Both the position numbers and the translations under genes were made by a program. Below are positions 1 to 7,926 of a stretch of 64,000 bases of DNA, in pieces. The notes under the pieces are model-generated. The model saw only the letters and a program-made list of their open reading frames with translations. It was not told the DNA's origin and did not search any database. Location of the stretch: positions 1,386,930 to 1,450,929 of the forward strand of contig CAVUAE010000001.1 of the NCBI GenBank assembly GCA_963739395.1, read 5' to 3'. The stretch comes from an uncultured Chloroflexia bacterium (GTDB taxonomy: Bacteria > Chloroflexota > Dehalococcoidia > Dehalococcoidales > RBG-16-60-22). Numbering within the stretch: position 1 is the first letter of the stretch; each line of letters opens with the position of its first letter.

Positions 1-1
1 C

Positions 2-922
2 AATACGATTGCCAGGCTGGCGGCGGGTATTGCTGATGACATGTTGAGCACGGTGGTATTGGCGACCAAAGCGCCGGTGATTATCGCGCCAGCCATGAAC
101 GATTTAATGTACAGCAATAAAGTCACGCAGGAAAACATCGCCAAACTTAAGGCGCGAGGTTTCAGTTTTATCGAACCGGAGTACGGTCGGCTGGCATCGG
201 GGAAAATGGGTAAAGGACGATTGCCGGAAACAAGCACGATTATTGAAGCCATCGAGCGGGTACTGGGACAAAAGAGAGATTTGGAAGGCAAGCGAATCGT
301 GGTGACGGCGGGTGGCACGCGCGAGCCAATCGACCCAGTCAGGCATATCGGCAATCGCTCGTCGGGCAAAATGGGTTACGCTTTAGCCGAGGCGGCGCGG
401 GATAGAGGGGCTAAAGTGACTCTGATAGCAGCGAATGTTTCGCTGGCAGAGCCGGCTGATGTTGAGGTGATTAAAGCGCCGACGGCTCAAGAGATGAAAA
501 ACGCGGTAGCGAGTGCGGTGAAAAAAGCGGACGCTCTACTCATGGCGGCAGCAGTAGCGGACTACCAGCCGGAAGTAATCGCTAAAGACAAGATAAAAAA
601 AGAAACGAAGCAAAACTTGACGCTTAAACTGGTTAAGACGCCGGATATTTTACGCGAAGTAAAAGGGAATTTTCTCCGTGTGGGGTTTGCCGCCGAGAGC
701 GAAAACCTAATCGCTAACGCTAAGAAGAAACTGACCGAGAAAAAACTGGACTTGATAGTCGCTAATGATATCACTAAAGCTGACAGCGGCTTTGATGTGG
801 ACACCAACCGCGTCGTAATTATAGATAAAAAGGGCAAGATGGAAGAACTGCCTTTAATGAGCAAGCGCGAAGTGGCGGATAAAATACTGGATAGAGTGAA
901 GGTGTTGGTGGGGAGAAAATGA
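2..922 (+). CDS. coaBC: Bifunctional phosphopantothenoylcysteine decarboxylase/synthetase, 5'-truncated by window edge
   Basis: Frame is open from base 2 (NTIARLAAGIADDM). Motifs APAMN, VTAGGTREPIDPVR, NRSSGKMG, GFAAES, IVAND. Confidence 0.95.
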   Translation, partial: NTIARLAAGIADDMLSTVVLATKAPVIIAPAMNDLMYSNKVTQENIAKLKARGFSFIEPEYGRLASGKMGKGRLPETSTIIEAIERVLGQKRDLEGKRIVVTAGGTREPIDPVRHIGNRSSGKMGYALAEAARDRGAKVTLIAANVSLAEPADVEVIKAPTAQEMKNAVASAVKKADALLMAAAVADYQPEVIAKDKIKKETKQNLTLKLVKTPDILREVKGNFLRVGFAAESENLIANAKKKLTEKKLDLIVANDITKADSGFDVDTNRVVIIDKKGKMEELPLMSKREVADKILDRVKVLVGRK

Positions 923-1209
923 AAAGCATAATAATAACGCTACAACCTGCATATATGAAATATTTTTATATACGTATTCCGGTTAAATTTATGAATTGGT
1001 TTCCAAATGAAGGAATGAAAGTTCAGATAAAAACTGATGACTTAGGAGTACTAGATACTAGTTTTTATACTAGAGAAGAATCTGGACCCGGGATTCATAG
1101 AGAAGGGGTACGTCAGTGGTTAAAAGTACATCCCGAACTTAAGAAAGGTAGCCAAATCAGGATAACCGTAATCAACCCAAAATATTACAACCTAGAAATA
1201 GTAAAGTAA
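919..1209 (+). CDS. Hypothetical small beta-rich protein, AT-rich
   Basis: 96-aa ORF overlapping the coaBC stop (ATGA) with a GGGAG RBS. No family recognised with confidence. Confidence 0.6.
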   Translation: MKSIIITLQPAYMKYFYIRIPVKFMNWFPNEGMKVQIKTDDLGVLDTSFYTREESGPGIHREGVRQWLKVHPELKKGSQIRITVINPKYYNLEIVK

Positions 1210-1210
1210 C

Positions 1211-1630
1211 ATGATGAAAATTCTCCCATATCAACCTGAATATGAAAGTGCTGTTATTGAGTTGTGGAAGAAGTGCAACCTTACACGGCCGCAAAATGAC
1301 CCCAAGAAAGATATCCAAAGAAAGCTAAAGGTCAACCCGGAGCTGTTTTTAGTGGGGGTTGAGAAGAATAAAGTAATCGCCACGGTAATGGGCGGTTATG
1401 ATGGGCATCGGGGGTGGGTTTATTATTTAGGCGTTGACCCGGATTATCAAAAGAAGGGACTGGGTCGACAGATGATGGAAACAATCGAGAAAAAACTTAA
1501 AGCGGCAGGATGCCCCAAAATTAACTTGCAGGTAAGAACGGATAATCTGGGGGCAGTTAAGTTTTATGAGAGAATCGGTTATAAGATGGATGAAACTGTA
1601 CAGTTGGGCAAGCGGTTGATACCGGATTAG
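1211..1630 (+). CDS. GNAT acetyltransferase (YpeA-like)
   Basis: MGGYDGHRGWVYYLGV, QKKGLGR acetyl-CoA motif, KINLQVR..N..AVKFYE. Confidence 0.9.
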   Translation: MMKILPYQPEYESAVIELWKKCNLTRPQNDPKKDIQRKLKVNPELFLVGVEKNKVIATVMGGYDGHRGWVYYLGVDPDYQKKGLGRQMMETIEKKLKAAGCPKINLQVRTDNLGAVKFYERIGYKMDETVQLGKRLIPD

Positions 1631-1643
1631 AAACTAACCTTAA

Positions 1644-1787
1644 TGTCATACCTGCGAAGGCAGGTATCCAGAAAGTCTAATGAATTCGTAAATGGAGGGA
1701 TTTATATCCTGAAATAATAGGGGAGAAGCAAGGGGCTGGATTCCCGCCGATGTTTACTCCGTACTACGATACGGAGCGGGAATGACA
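1644..1787. repeat. Palindromic repeat doublet, family A (TGTCAT...ATGACA), with nested family-B hairpin at 1748-1776
   Basis: TGTCATACCTGCGAAGGCAGGTATCCAG ... CTGGATTCCCGC[CGATGTTTACTCCGTACTACGATACGGA]GCGGGAATGACA; the two halves are inverted. Confidence 0.85.
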
Positions 1788-1808
1788 AAAAGAGAGAAAG
1801 AGATAATT

Positions 1809-4496
1809 ATGACTGATACGCCGGAAAAACAAGATGAAATGCCCAAGGCTTACGAGCCGGGTAAGGTGGAGGAGAAGTGGTATAAGTTCTGGATGGATAA
1901 GGGCTATTTCACGCCGAAGATAGATAAAAAGAAAAAGCCCTTCGTCATCATTATGCCGCCGCCCAATATCACCGGCGAGCTGCACCTAGGTCACGCTCTG
2001 GAAGCCGCCCAACAGGATAGTTTGATACGCTGGCATCGCATGCTGGGCGAGCCTTCGTTATGGCTGCCGGGCGTCGACCATGCTGCTATTGCCGCCCAGG
2101 TGGTGGTGGAGAGGGAGCTGGCAAAAGAAGGAACAGACCGTCATAAGCTGGGGCGTGAAAAATTTCTGGAACGGATGTATAAATGGGTGGAGGACTGCCG
2201 CCAGACTATCATGCAGCAACATACCAAACTGGGTGTCTCCTGCGATTGGACGCGACTACGCTTTACCATGGATGAAGTTTCCACTCGGGCAGTACGCATT
2301 ACCTTCAAACGCCTGTATGATAAGGGGCTGATTTACCGCGGGGAACGCATCATCAACTGGTGTCCGCGCTGCGGTACCGCGCTTTCCGACCTCGAGGTTG
2401 AACATAAAGAAGTTAAGGGGCATCTATGGTACGTACGCTACCCGATTGTAGGAGAAAATCCCTCGATTTCACTCGGGATAAAGGACAAGTATATTACCGT
2501 CGCTACCACGCGACCCGAAACGATACTCGGCGATACGGCCGTGGCGATTAATCCTAAAGATAAACGCTATAAAGGGATGGTAGGTAAGAAAGTGTTGCTG
2601 CCCGCCGTCAACCGTGAGATTCCGATTGTTGCTGATGAAACGGTAAGTATGGAGTTCGGCACGGGCGCGGTCAAAATCACTCCGGCGCACGACCCGGTGG
2701 ACTTTGAAATAGCGCAAAGGCAAAACCTGCCCCAGGTTAATATCCTCAATAACGACGTGACCATGAACGAAAACGCCGGTCCGTATAAGGGCATGGATAG
2801 GTTCGCCGCCCGCAAAGCCATCCTCGCCGACCTGGAAAAATCCGGGCAGCTGGTGAAAACCGAGGACTATACTCATGCTGTGGGACACTGCGAGCGCTGC
2901 CACACTATCGTGGAACCTATTGCGAGTGAACAATGGTTCGTAAAAATCGCACCTTTAGCCAAGCCCGCCATCAAAGTAGTCAAAGACGGAGACATCACCA
3001 TCCTGCCGGAGCGCTTTACTAAAGTCTACCTCAACTGGATGGAAAATATCCGTGACTGGTGCATCAGCCGACAGCTCTGGTGGGGACACCGCATACCGAT
3101 TTGGTACTGTAAGGACTGCAAAGGGCTGACGGTAGCCATAGATACTCCAGAAGTTTGCACCAAGTGCGGTTCCAAGAAAATTGAGCAGGACCCCGATACC
3201 TTGGATACCTGGTTCAGCTCCGGTCTCTGGCCCCATTCCACGCTGGGCTGGCCTGACGACACAGAAGACCTGCGCTATTTTTATCCTACCTCGGTCATGA
3301 ATCCCGGTTATGAAATCCTGTTTTTCTGGGTAGCGCGTATGATTATGCTAGGTATCGAGAACACCGGAAAAATACCTTTCCATACCGTCTACCTTCATGG
3401 GCTGATACGCGATGAAAAAGGCGTGAAAATGAGCAAGACCAAGGGCAACGTGGTCGACCCGCTGGACGTGATGAAGCAATATGGCACGGATGCCTTGCGG
3501 TTTGCCTTAACGACCGGCACCTCTCCCGGCAACGACTCGCGGTTGTCTTTGGAAAAAGTCGAAGCCAGCCGCAACTTCGCTAACAAACTCTGGAATGCCG
3601 CCCGCTTCGTCATCAGAAGTCTCGAAGCCGGCGTTGCCAGCGATTATACGATTAAGCAGGATAAGCTAATAACCGAAGACAGATGGATTTTATCAAGGCT
3701 GAACCGGACAATCGGCGAGGTTACTAGACTCTTAAATGAATATCAATTCGGCGAGGCACAACGGCAGACACATGACTTCCTCTGGGGCGAATACTGCGAT
3801 TGGTATATCGAGTTAGCCAAGGTAAGACTGCAGGCTAACGATAATTCGCCTTTGCCGGTATTGTTACACGTTTTGGAAGTATCCTTAAGACTCCTCCATC
3901 CCTTTATGCCGTTTATTACCGAGGAACTTTGGCAGCACCTGAAGAAATATTTAAAAGATACTGCCGTCGAATCTATCATGATTACCCCGTATCCGGAAGT
4001 TAATGAGAAGCTTTTCGACCCGGCGGCGGAAAAAGAGATAGAAAGCGTCAGCGAAATCATACGCGCTATCCGTAACGCCCGCGCTCAATATAAAGTGGAA
4101 AGCACTCGCTGGATCGAGTCTAAGATATACATCGTCCCGACACAGCATGCGATGATTTCTCATTACACTGATGCGGTTAAAACGCTGGCGCGCGCCAATC
4201 CAGTAACTTTCATTAAAGGTGAGACAAAAGATACATCAAGCGATAATACGCTGGTGATATCTTTAACACAGGCTACCGTGATTATTCCTATGGCTAGCAT
4301 GGTCGACCTAGAAGCGGAAAAGAAGAGGATTGAAAAAGACCTGGAACAAACACAAGCCGAAGTCAGTCGTTTGGAAGCCAGACTGAAAGACCAATCGTTC
4401 CTGACTAAGGCGCCGGCGGCGGTAGTTGAAAAAGAAAAACAGAGACTTTATACTTTGCATGAAAAACTGGAAAAACTAAAGCAACAAAAGTCTTAA
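1809..4496 (+). CDS. valS: Valine--tRNA ligase
   Basis: PPPNITGELHLGH (HIGH), DWCISRQLWWGH, KMSKT, C-terminal coiled coil. Start moved to ATG 1809 because ATG 1782 lies inside the repeat. Confidence 0.97.
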   Translation: MTDTPEKQDEMPKAYEPGKVEEKWYKFWMDKGYFTPKIDKKKKPFVIIMPPPNITGELHLGHALEAAQQDSLIRWHRMLGEPSLWLPGVDHAAIAAQVVVERELAKEGTDRHKLGREKFLERMYKWVEDCRQTIMQQHTKLGVSCDWTRLRFTMDEVSTRAVRITFKRLYDKGLIYRGERIINWCPRCGTALSDLEVEHKEVKGHLWYVRYPIVGENPSISLGIKDKYITVATTRPETILGDTAVAINPKDKRYKGMVGKKVLLPAVNREIPIVADETVSMEFGTGAVKITPAHDPVDFEIAQRQNLPQVNILNNDVTMNENAGPYKGMDRFAARKAILADLEKSGQLVKTEDYTHAVGHCERCHTIVEPIASEQWFVKIAPLAKPAIKVVKDGDITILPERFTKVYLNWMENIRDWCISRQLWWGHRIPIWYCKDCKGLTVAIDTPEVCTKCGSKKIEQDPDTLDTWFSSGLWPHSTLGWPDDTEDLRYFYPTSVMNPGYEILFFWVARMIMLGIENTGKIPFHTVYLHGLIRDEKGVKMSKTKGNVVDPLDVMKQYGTDALRFALTTGTSPGNDSRLSLEKVEASRNFANKLWNAARFVIRSLEAGVASDYTIKQDKLITEDRWILSRLNRTIGEVTRLLNEYQFGEAQRQTHDFLWGEYCDWYIELAKVRLQANDNSPLPVLLHVLEVSLRLLHPFMPFITEELWQHLKKYLKDTAVESIMITPYPEVNEKLFDPAAEKEIESVSEIIRAIRNARAQYKVESTRWIESKIYIVPTQHAMISHYTDAVKTLARANPVTFIKGETKDTSSDNTLVISLTQATVIIPMASMVDLEAEKKRIEKDLEQTQAEVSRLEARLKDQSFLTKAPAAVVEKEKQRLYTLHEKLEKLKQQKS
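2457..2483 (+). repeat. Family-E hairpin inserted in frame in valS (encodes NPSISLGI)
   Basis: AATCCCTCGATTTCACTCGGGATAAAG resembles the intergenic copies at 21080, 28705 and 47216. Confidence 0.65.
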
Positions 4497-4512
4497 TCGT
4501 AGGAGGTGAGCT

Positions 4513-4989
4513 ATGTTCTCAAAAGTATTGATACCGCTGGATGGTTCGAAACTTGGTGAGGCTGCTATACCGGTTATCGAGCAACTCATCAGCAAGATGG
4601 CTAAAGGAACAAAGATAGAGGTTATACTAATAGGGGTGATAACACTACTGCGACACTGGGTAGTAGTGGGCGAGGCAAGCGCCCCGGTTTCTTATACGGA
4701 AGAAGAGCTTAAACTCATTAAAAAGAATGTTGAAAAGTACCTGAATAAAGCCGGTGCGTCTTTAAAGAAGAAGGGCATAGCGATGCGGACGCTAGTGACC
4801 ACTGGCAACGCCGCCGATGAAATCATCGAAGCCATCAATGACACTGGCGCCGATTTACTCGCCATGTCCACTCACGGCAGGTCAGGTCTGCGTAAGCTGG
4901 CGTTCGGCAGTGTTACGGATAAAGTCCTTCATCGCTCAAAAGTACCGGTTTTGGTGGTACGTGCCCCTGAAGGCACGAAGAACGATTAA
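4513..4989 (+). CDS. Universal stress protein (Usp family)
   Basis: KVLIPLDGS; MSTHGRSG...FGSVTDKVL...PVLVVR; AGGAGG RBS. Confidence 0.93.
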   Translation: MFSKVLIPLDGSKLGEAAIPVIEQLISKMAKGTKIEVILIGVITLLRHWVVVGEASAPVSYTEEELKLIKKNVEKYLNKAGASLKKKGIAMRTLVTTGNAADEIIEAINDTGADLLAMSTHGRSGLRKLAFGSVTDKVLHRSKVPVLVVRAPEGTKND

Positions 4990-4997
4990 TATTACAA

Positions 4998-5092
4998 TGT
5001 CATTCCCGTGAAAACGGGAATACAGTGGGGGGTATAGGGGTGGCTGGATACCGGCTGGAGTTTACCCTGTACTACGATACAGGGTCGGTATG
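4998..5092. repeat. Family-A doublet with nested family-B hairpin at 5056-5084
   Basis: TGTCATTCCCGTGAAAACGGGAATACAG (ATTCCC-N8-GGGAAT) ... CTGGATACCGGC[TGGAGTTTACCCTGTACTACGATACAGGG]TCGGTATGG. Confidence 0.85.
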
Positions 5093-5103
5093 GTTATTAT
5101 TTC

Positions 5104-5835
5104 TTATGGCAAGCTAGAATTGGCGTCGGTGGCGAGTACTTGAGTGATTCCCTTTTGGCGCCACTGTCGTTTTAAATAGTCCAACCCCTTTTTAGTATCG
5201 CTGGCAATGCGGGCTTTCTCGTGGCGTTTGAGTCGGAATTTAAAAAGCCAATAGGTGAACTCCTTCATCTCATCAAGCGTGGTGGACTGGCTTTGCACAT
5301 GGTGTTTTTCTTCGCGGAATTTCTTTAAAAGGTCTTCTTTATCCAAATCATAAATACGGTGGTAGGCTTCATCGGTGGAATGGGCTTTCAGTCCTTGCAC
5401 CCATATTTCTTTTTCGATGGCTTCCTGCACGGAGAGCAATAGGGCTTCCTCGACGGTGACGCCATAAAAATAGTTGAGATACTGGCCGTACTTCTTCTCG
5501 CCGATAAGCTCCTTCACCTTTCCGGCATCCAGCTCTAGCGGTGGCACGCCATGAAAGAGAAGGTTGTCCCTCTCGCCTTCCGGCAGCCATTCGGCGACCG
5601 TCTCGCAGAGTCGCTCTGCTAAAAGCAGCCAGTCGAAAGCCTCCCCATCGATAAGATAAACGTAAGTGCGCTCGTTATAGTCCTCCGTCGCACTGGACCA
5701 TAAGCCGATAGCGCCCAGGAGCGAAAGATACCAGTTCTTGCCGGAGGCGATGGACTCCTTGAGATAGCGGATAGCCTCGGCGTCAGTTGCCGATGAGGTA
5801 TCGGTGGGGACTAAACGACTTTCTTCGCTGGGCAT
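5104..5835 (-). CDS. Hypothetical protein
   Basis: 243-aa ORF with host-like composition; no family recognised. Confidence 0.75.
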   Translation of the reverse strand: MPSEESRLVPTDTSSATDAEAIRYLKESIASGKNWYLSLLGAIGLWSSATEDYNERTYVYLIDGEAFDWLLLAERLCETVAEWLPEGERDNLLFHGVPPLELDAGKVKELIGEKKYGQYLNYFYGVTVEEALLLSVQEAIEKEIWVQGLKAHSTDEAYHRIYDLDKEDLLKKFREEKHHVQSQSTTLDEMKEFTYWLFKFRLKRHEKARIASDTKKGLDYLKRQWRQKGITQVLATDANSSLP

Positions 5836-5899
5836 AAAAACGGTACGACCTCACTACATTCGTTTCGCTCAGTACAAGCCTCTTGGTCTCCCTCTCCGT

Positions 5900-6196
5900 T
5901 TACAGAGAGGGAGAGGAATTCACGGCATGTCTCTCAGGGAACTCCGCCTTGAGCTTTTCATAAAAGGCGAGTTTTCCGGTACTGACAATCTCGGTAAGCT
6001 TTTTGGTGATTGCCTCGCCGGCACCGAGGATTTCCTTAAGCCGCCCCTCCGCCACCAGGTTAGCCACCGGCTCCTTAAGCTCATTAATAGACTTTGCTAC
6101 TTTTTCATAAGCTCGGATTTTAAAGATATTATCTTTCTTAAGCCTAAGCATAGCAGCGATATCGGCGAAGATAGCGGAAATTTCAGCGTTGGTCAT
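5900..6196 (-). CDS. Stand-alone PolX N-terminal helix-hairpin-helix (8 kDa) domain protein
   Basis: MTNAEISAIFADIA..L....DNIFKIRAY...A; L.EI.G.G..I..K..EI..TGKL..YE.L. No polymerase or PHP domain follows. Confidence 0.8.
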   Translation of the reverse strand: MTNAEISAIFADIAAMLRLKKDNIFKIRAYEKVAKSINELKEPVANLVAEGRLKEILGAGEAITKKLTEIVSTGKLAFYEKLKAEFPERHAVNSSPSL

Positions 6197-6212
6197 TTTT
6201 AATTACTCAATC

Positions 6213-7034
6213 TTATATAGCACGTTTTACATCTGAAAACAGATCTTTCCAATGACCCTGTTTGATTCTAAATTTGGTGCCATGATTATGCCCTGTTCTA
6301 GCATCAAAATCTATGAGGACAACACCATTTTCTATACATTTTATAAAATCTTCGGATGAGAAACCAGAAAGAATGTATAATTCTTTGTAAAGGAAAAATT
6401 CGTGCCCATTTTCAACCTTACTATCGGCTACAACATAAAAACTGTTCTTTATTTTTTCACCGATTGCATATTTAAGATCCTCGATTCCCCAATATGGTTC
6501 AGGAAAAATGGACCCGAGACCTACTCTATTTTTTACTGATTTCAGCCAAGTAGCAATTTCAGGGTCACTCACATTTGTCTTAGAAGAATCAAATATAAAT
6601 CTGACTTTTTGTTGGTTTTTGTCGACCAATATTGTGAATCCTCTTGAGGTATGTTCGGTTGCAGATGTAGTTGACCTAAAGCTCATCTCTGTAATTGGAT
6701 ATTTTTTGCCTGCTTCCTTGTGTTCCCAACCATATAGAGGAAGCAATATGTTACTTACTATTTTTGCAGCCTTAGGTGATGGTTCAATATGCTTTAGCGT
6801 CACTAAAGAACTAGAATGCGACCTTTGCCCTTTTAGTTCCCACTCTTGAGTATTTGGTAATGGTAAGTTGTTTTCTTTTATACCTAAGAGATTTTCAATA
6901 GTATTTCCTACTGCGCCATCATTACGTGTATCACGGGTTTCTTTTACACTTTTATGCCAACCTTGCTGGAATATTTCCCTAATTACGTCAATGAGTTGCT
7001 GCTTTGTATATAACTTCATTTTGGTGGTCTCCAA
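6213..7034 (-). CDS. MvaI/BcnI-family restriction endonuclease
   Basis: RNDGAVGNTIENLLGIKENN..LPN...WELK, C-terminal IDFDARTGHNHGTKFRI; AT-rich; overlaps the MTase gene. Confidence 0.8.
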   Translation of the reverse strand: METTKMKLYTKQQLIDVIREIFQQGWHKSVKETRDTRNDGAVGNTIENLLGIKENNLPLPNTQEWELKGQRSHSSSLVTLKHIEPSPKAAKIVSNILLPLYGWEHKEAGKKYPITEMSFRSTTSATEHTSRGFTILVDKNQQKVRFIFDSSKTNVSDPEIATWLKSVKNRVGLGSIFPEPYWGIEDLKYAIGEKIKNSFYVVADSKVENGHEFFLYKELYILSGFSSEDFIKCIENGVVLIDFDARTGHNHGTKFRIKQGHWKDLFSDVKRAI

Positions 7035-7903
7035 AAATCAAGTAGATATTCAAAAGTTACACCCATAGTTATATAATTACTTGGCCAACCAAATATACCT
7101 ATTCCATTAACAACGTTTGTCCTGTCCCAAATGATAATATTCCGCAGTTCATACCCGCGTTTTCTCAATTCTTCTACCAAAGCAACATGAATAGTAATCC
7201 TTTTGTTCTCCCACCACATATCAGGCACATTTATCACACAATGACTTTTTGGACGAAGAAGCAAAAGTAGAGATTCATATATATCTCCCATGGCATTTGT
7301 GTATTCATCAAGCGCCATTATCCCAAGGTCTCTCGGGTCTTGTGAATATTGCTCAATTTTCCCCAATTGCTCGTTATTTCTTACCCTTCTAGATTTGTTT
7401 TTTCGTACCCTATTAAGGAGATTTGCATAAGGGGGGGAGGTAAATATAAGGCTTACTGTCTCTGGCTTTAAATATTCATATATATATCTAGCATCATCTT
7501 GAATAGGTAGCTGTTTTGCCTGTCCCAGTAAACTGCCCTGGGCAAGTCGTTTTGTACATAAATCAACATATTCTTTCTTAAGATCAAAGCCGACAGCATT
7601 TCTATTGATATCTTTTGCCGCTACTAAAGTAGTACCACTACCAACAAATGGATCAAGAACAAGCTCACCTTCATGAGAGAATAGCTCAATAATTTTCTTT
7701 GCTAATGAAATAGGAAAAGTTGCTGGATGTATTTTCTTATCACGAATATCACGCGACTCATACCTAAACTGCCAGACTCCGAGTTGACTCTTCATCCATT
7801 CTTTAGGGATCATACAGTTTATATGAGTTGGTGCACAATCGCATGTCCTTTGATATCCAATATCCAGTTTTGTCCTACTTGGCGCATCGATTGTAACAAC
7901 CAT
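7016..7903 (-). CDS. DNA amino-methyltransferase (N4-C/N6-A), probable cognate of the adjacent endonuclease
   Basis: HPATFP and VLDPFVGSGTT (motif I) precede FTSPPY (motif IV). Confidence 0.9.
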   Translation of the reverse strand: MVVTIDAPSRTKLDIGYQRTCDCAPTHINCMIPKEWMKSQLGVWQFRYESRDIRDKKIHPATFPISLAKKIIELFSHEGELVLDPFVGSGTTLVAAKDINRNAVGFDLKKEYVDLCTKRLAQGSLLGQAKQLPIQDDARYIYEYLKPETVSLIFTSPPYANLLNRVRKNKSRRVRNNEQLGKIEQYSQDPRDLGIMALDEYTNAMGDIYESLLLLLRPKSHCVINVPDMWWENKRITIHVALVEELRKRGYELRNIIIWDRTNVVNGIGIFGWPSNYITMGVTFEYLLDFWRPPK

Positions 7904-7926
7904 TTCAATTACTCCCTATATTTTAG

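Noticed and set aside
1764-1808. ORF starts and peptides drawn from repeats (valS ATG 1782; MVSLSNH at 26601; LPRRFAPRND near 23260)
   Set aside because: These are translations of palindromic repeats; better-supported starts lie downstream.
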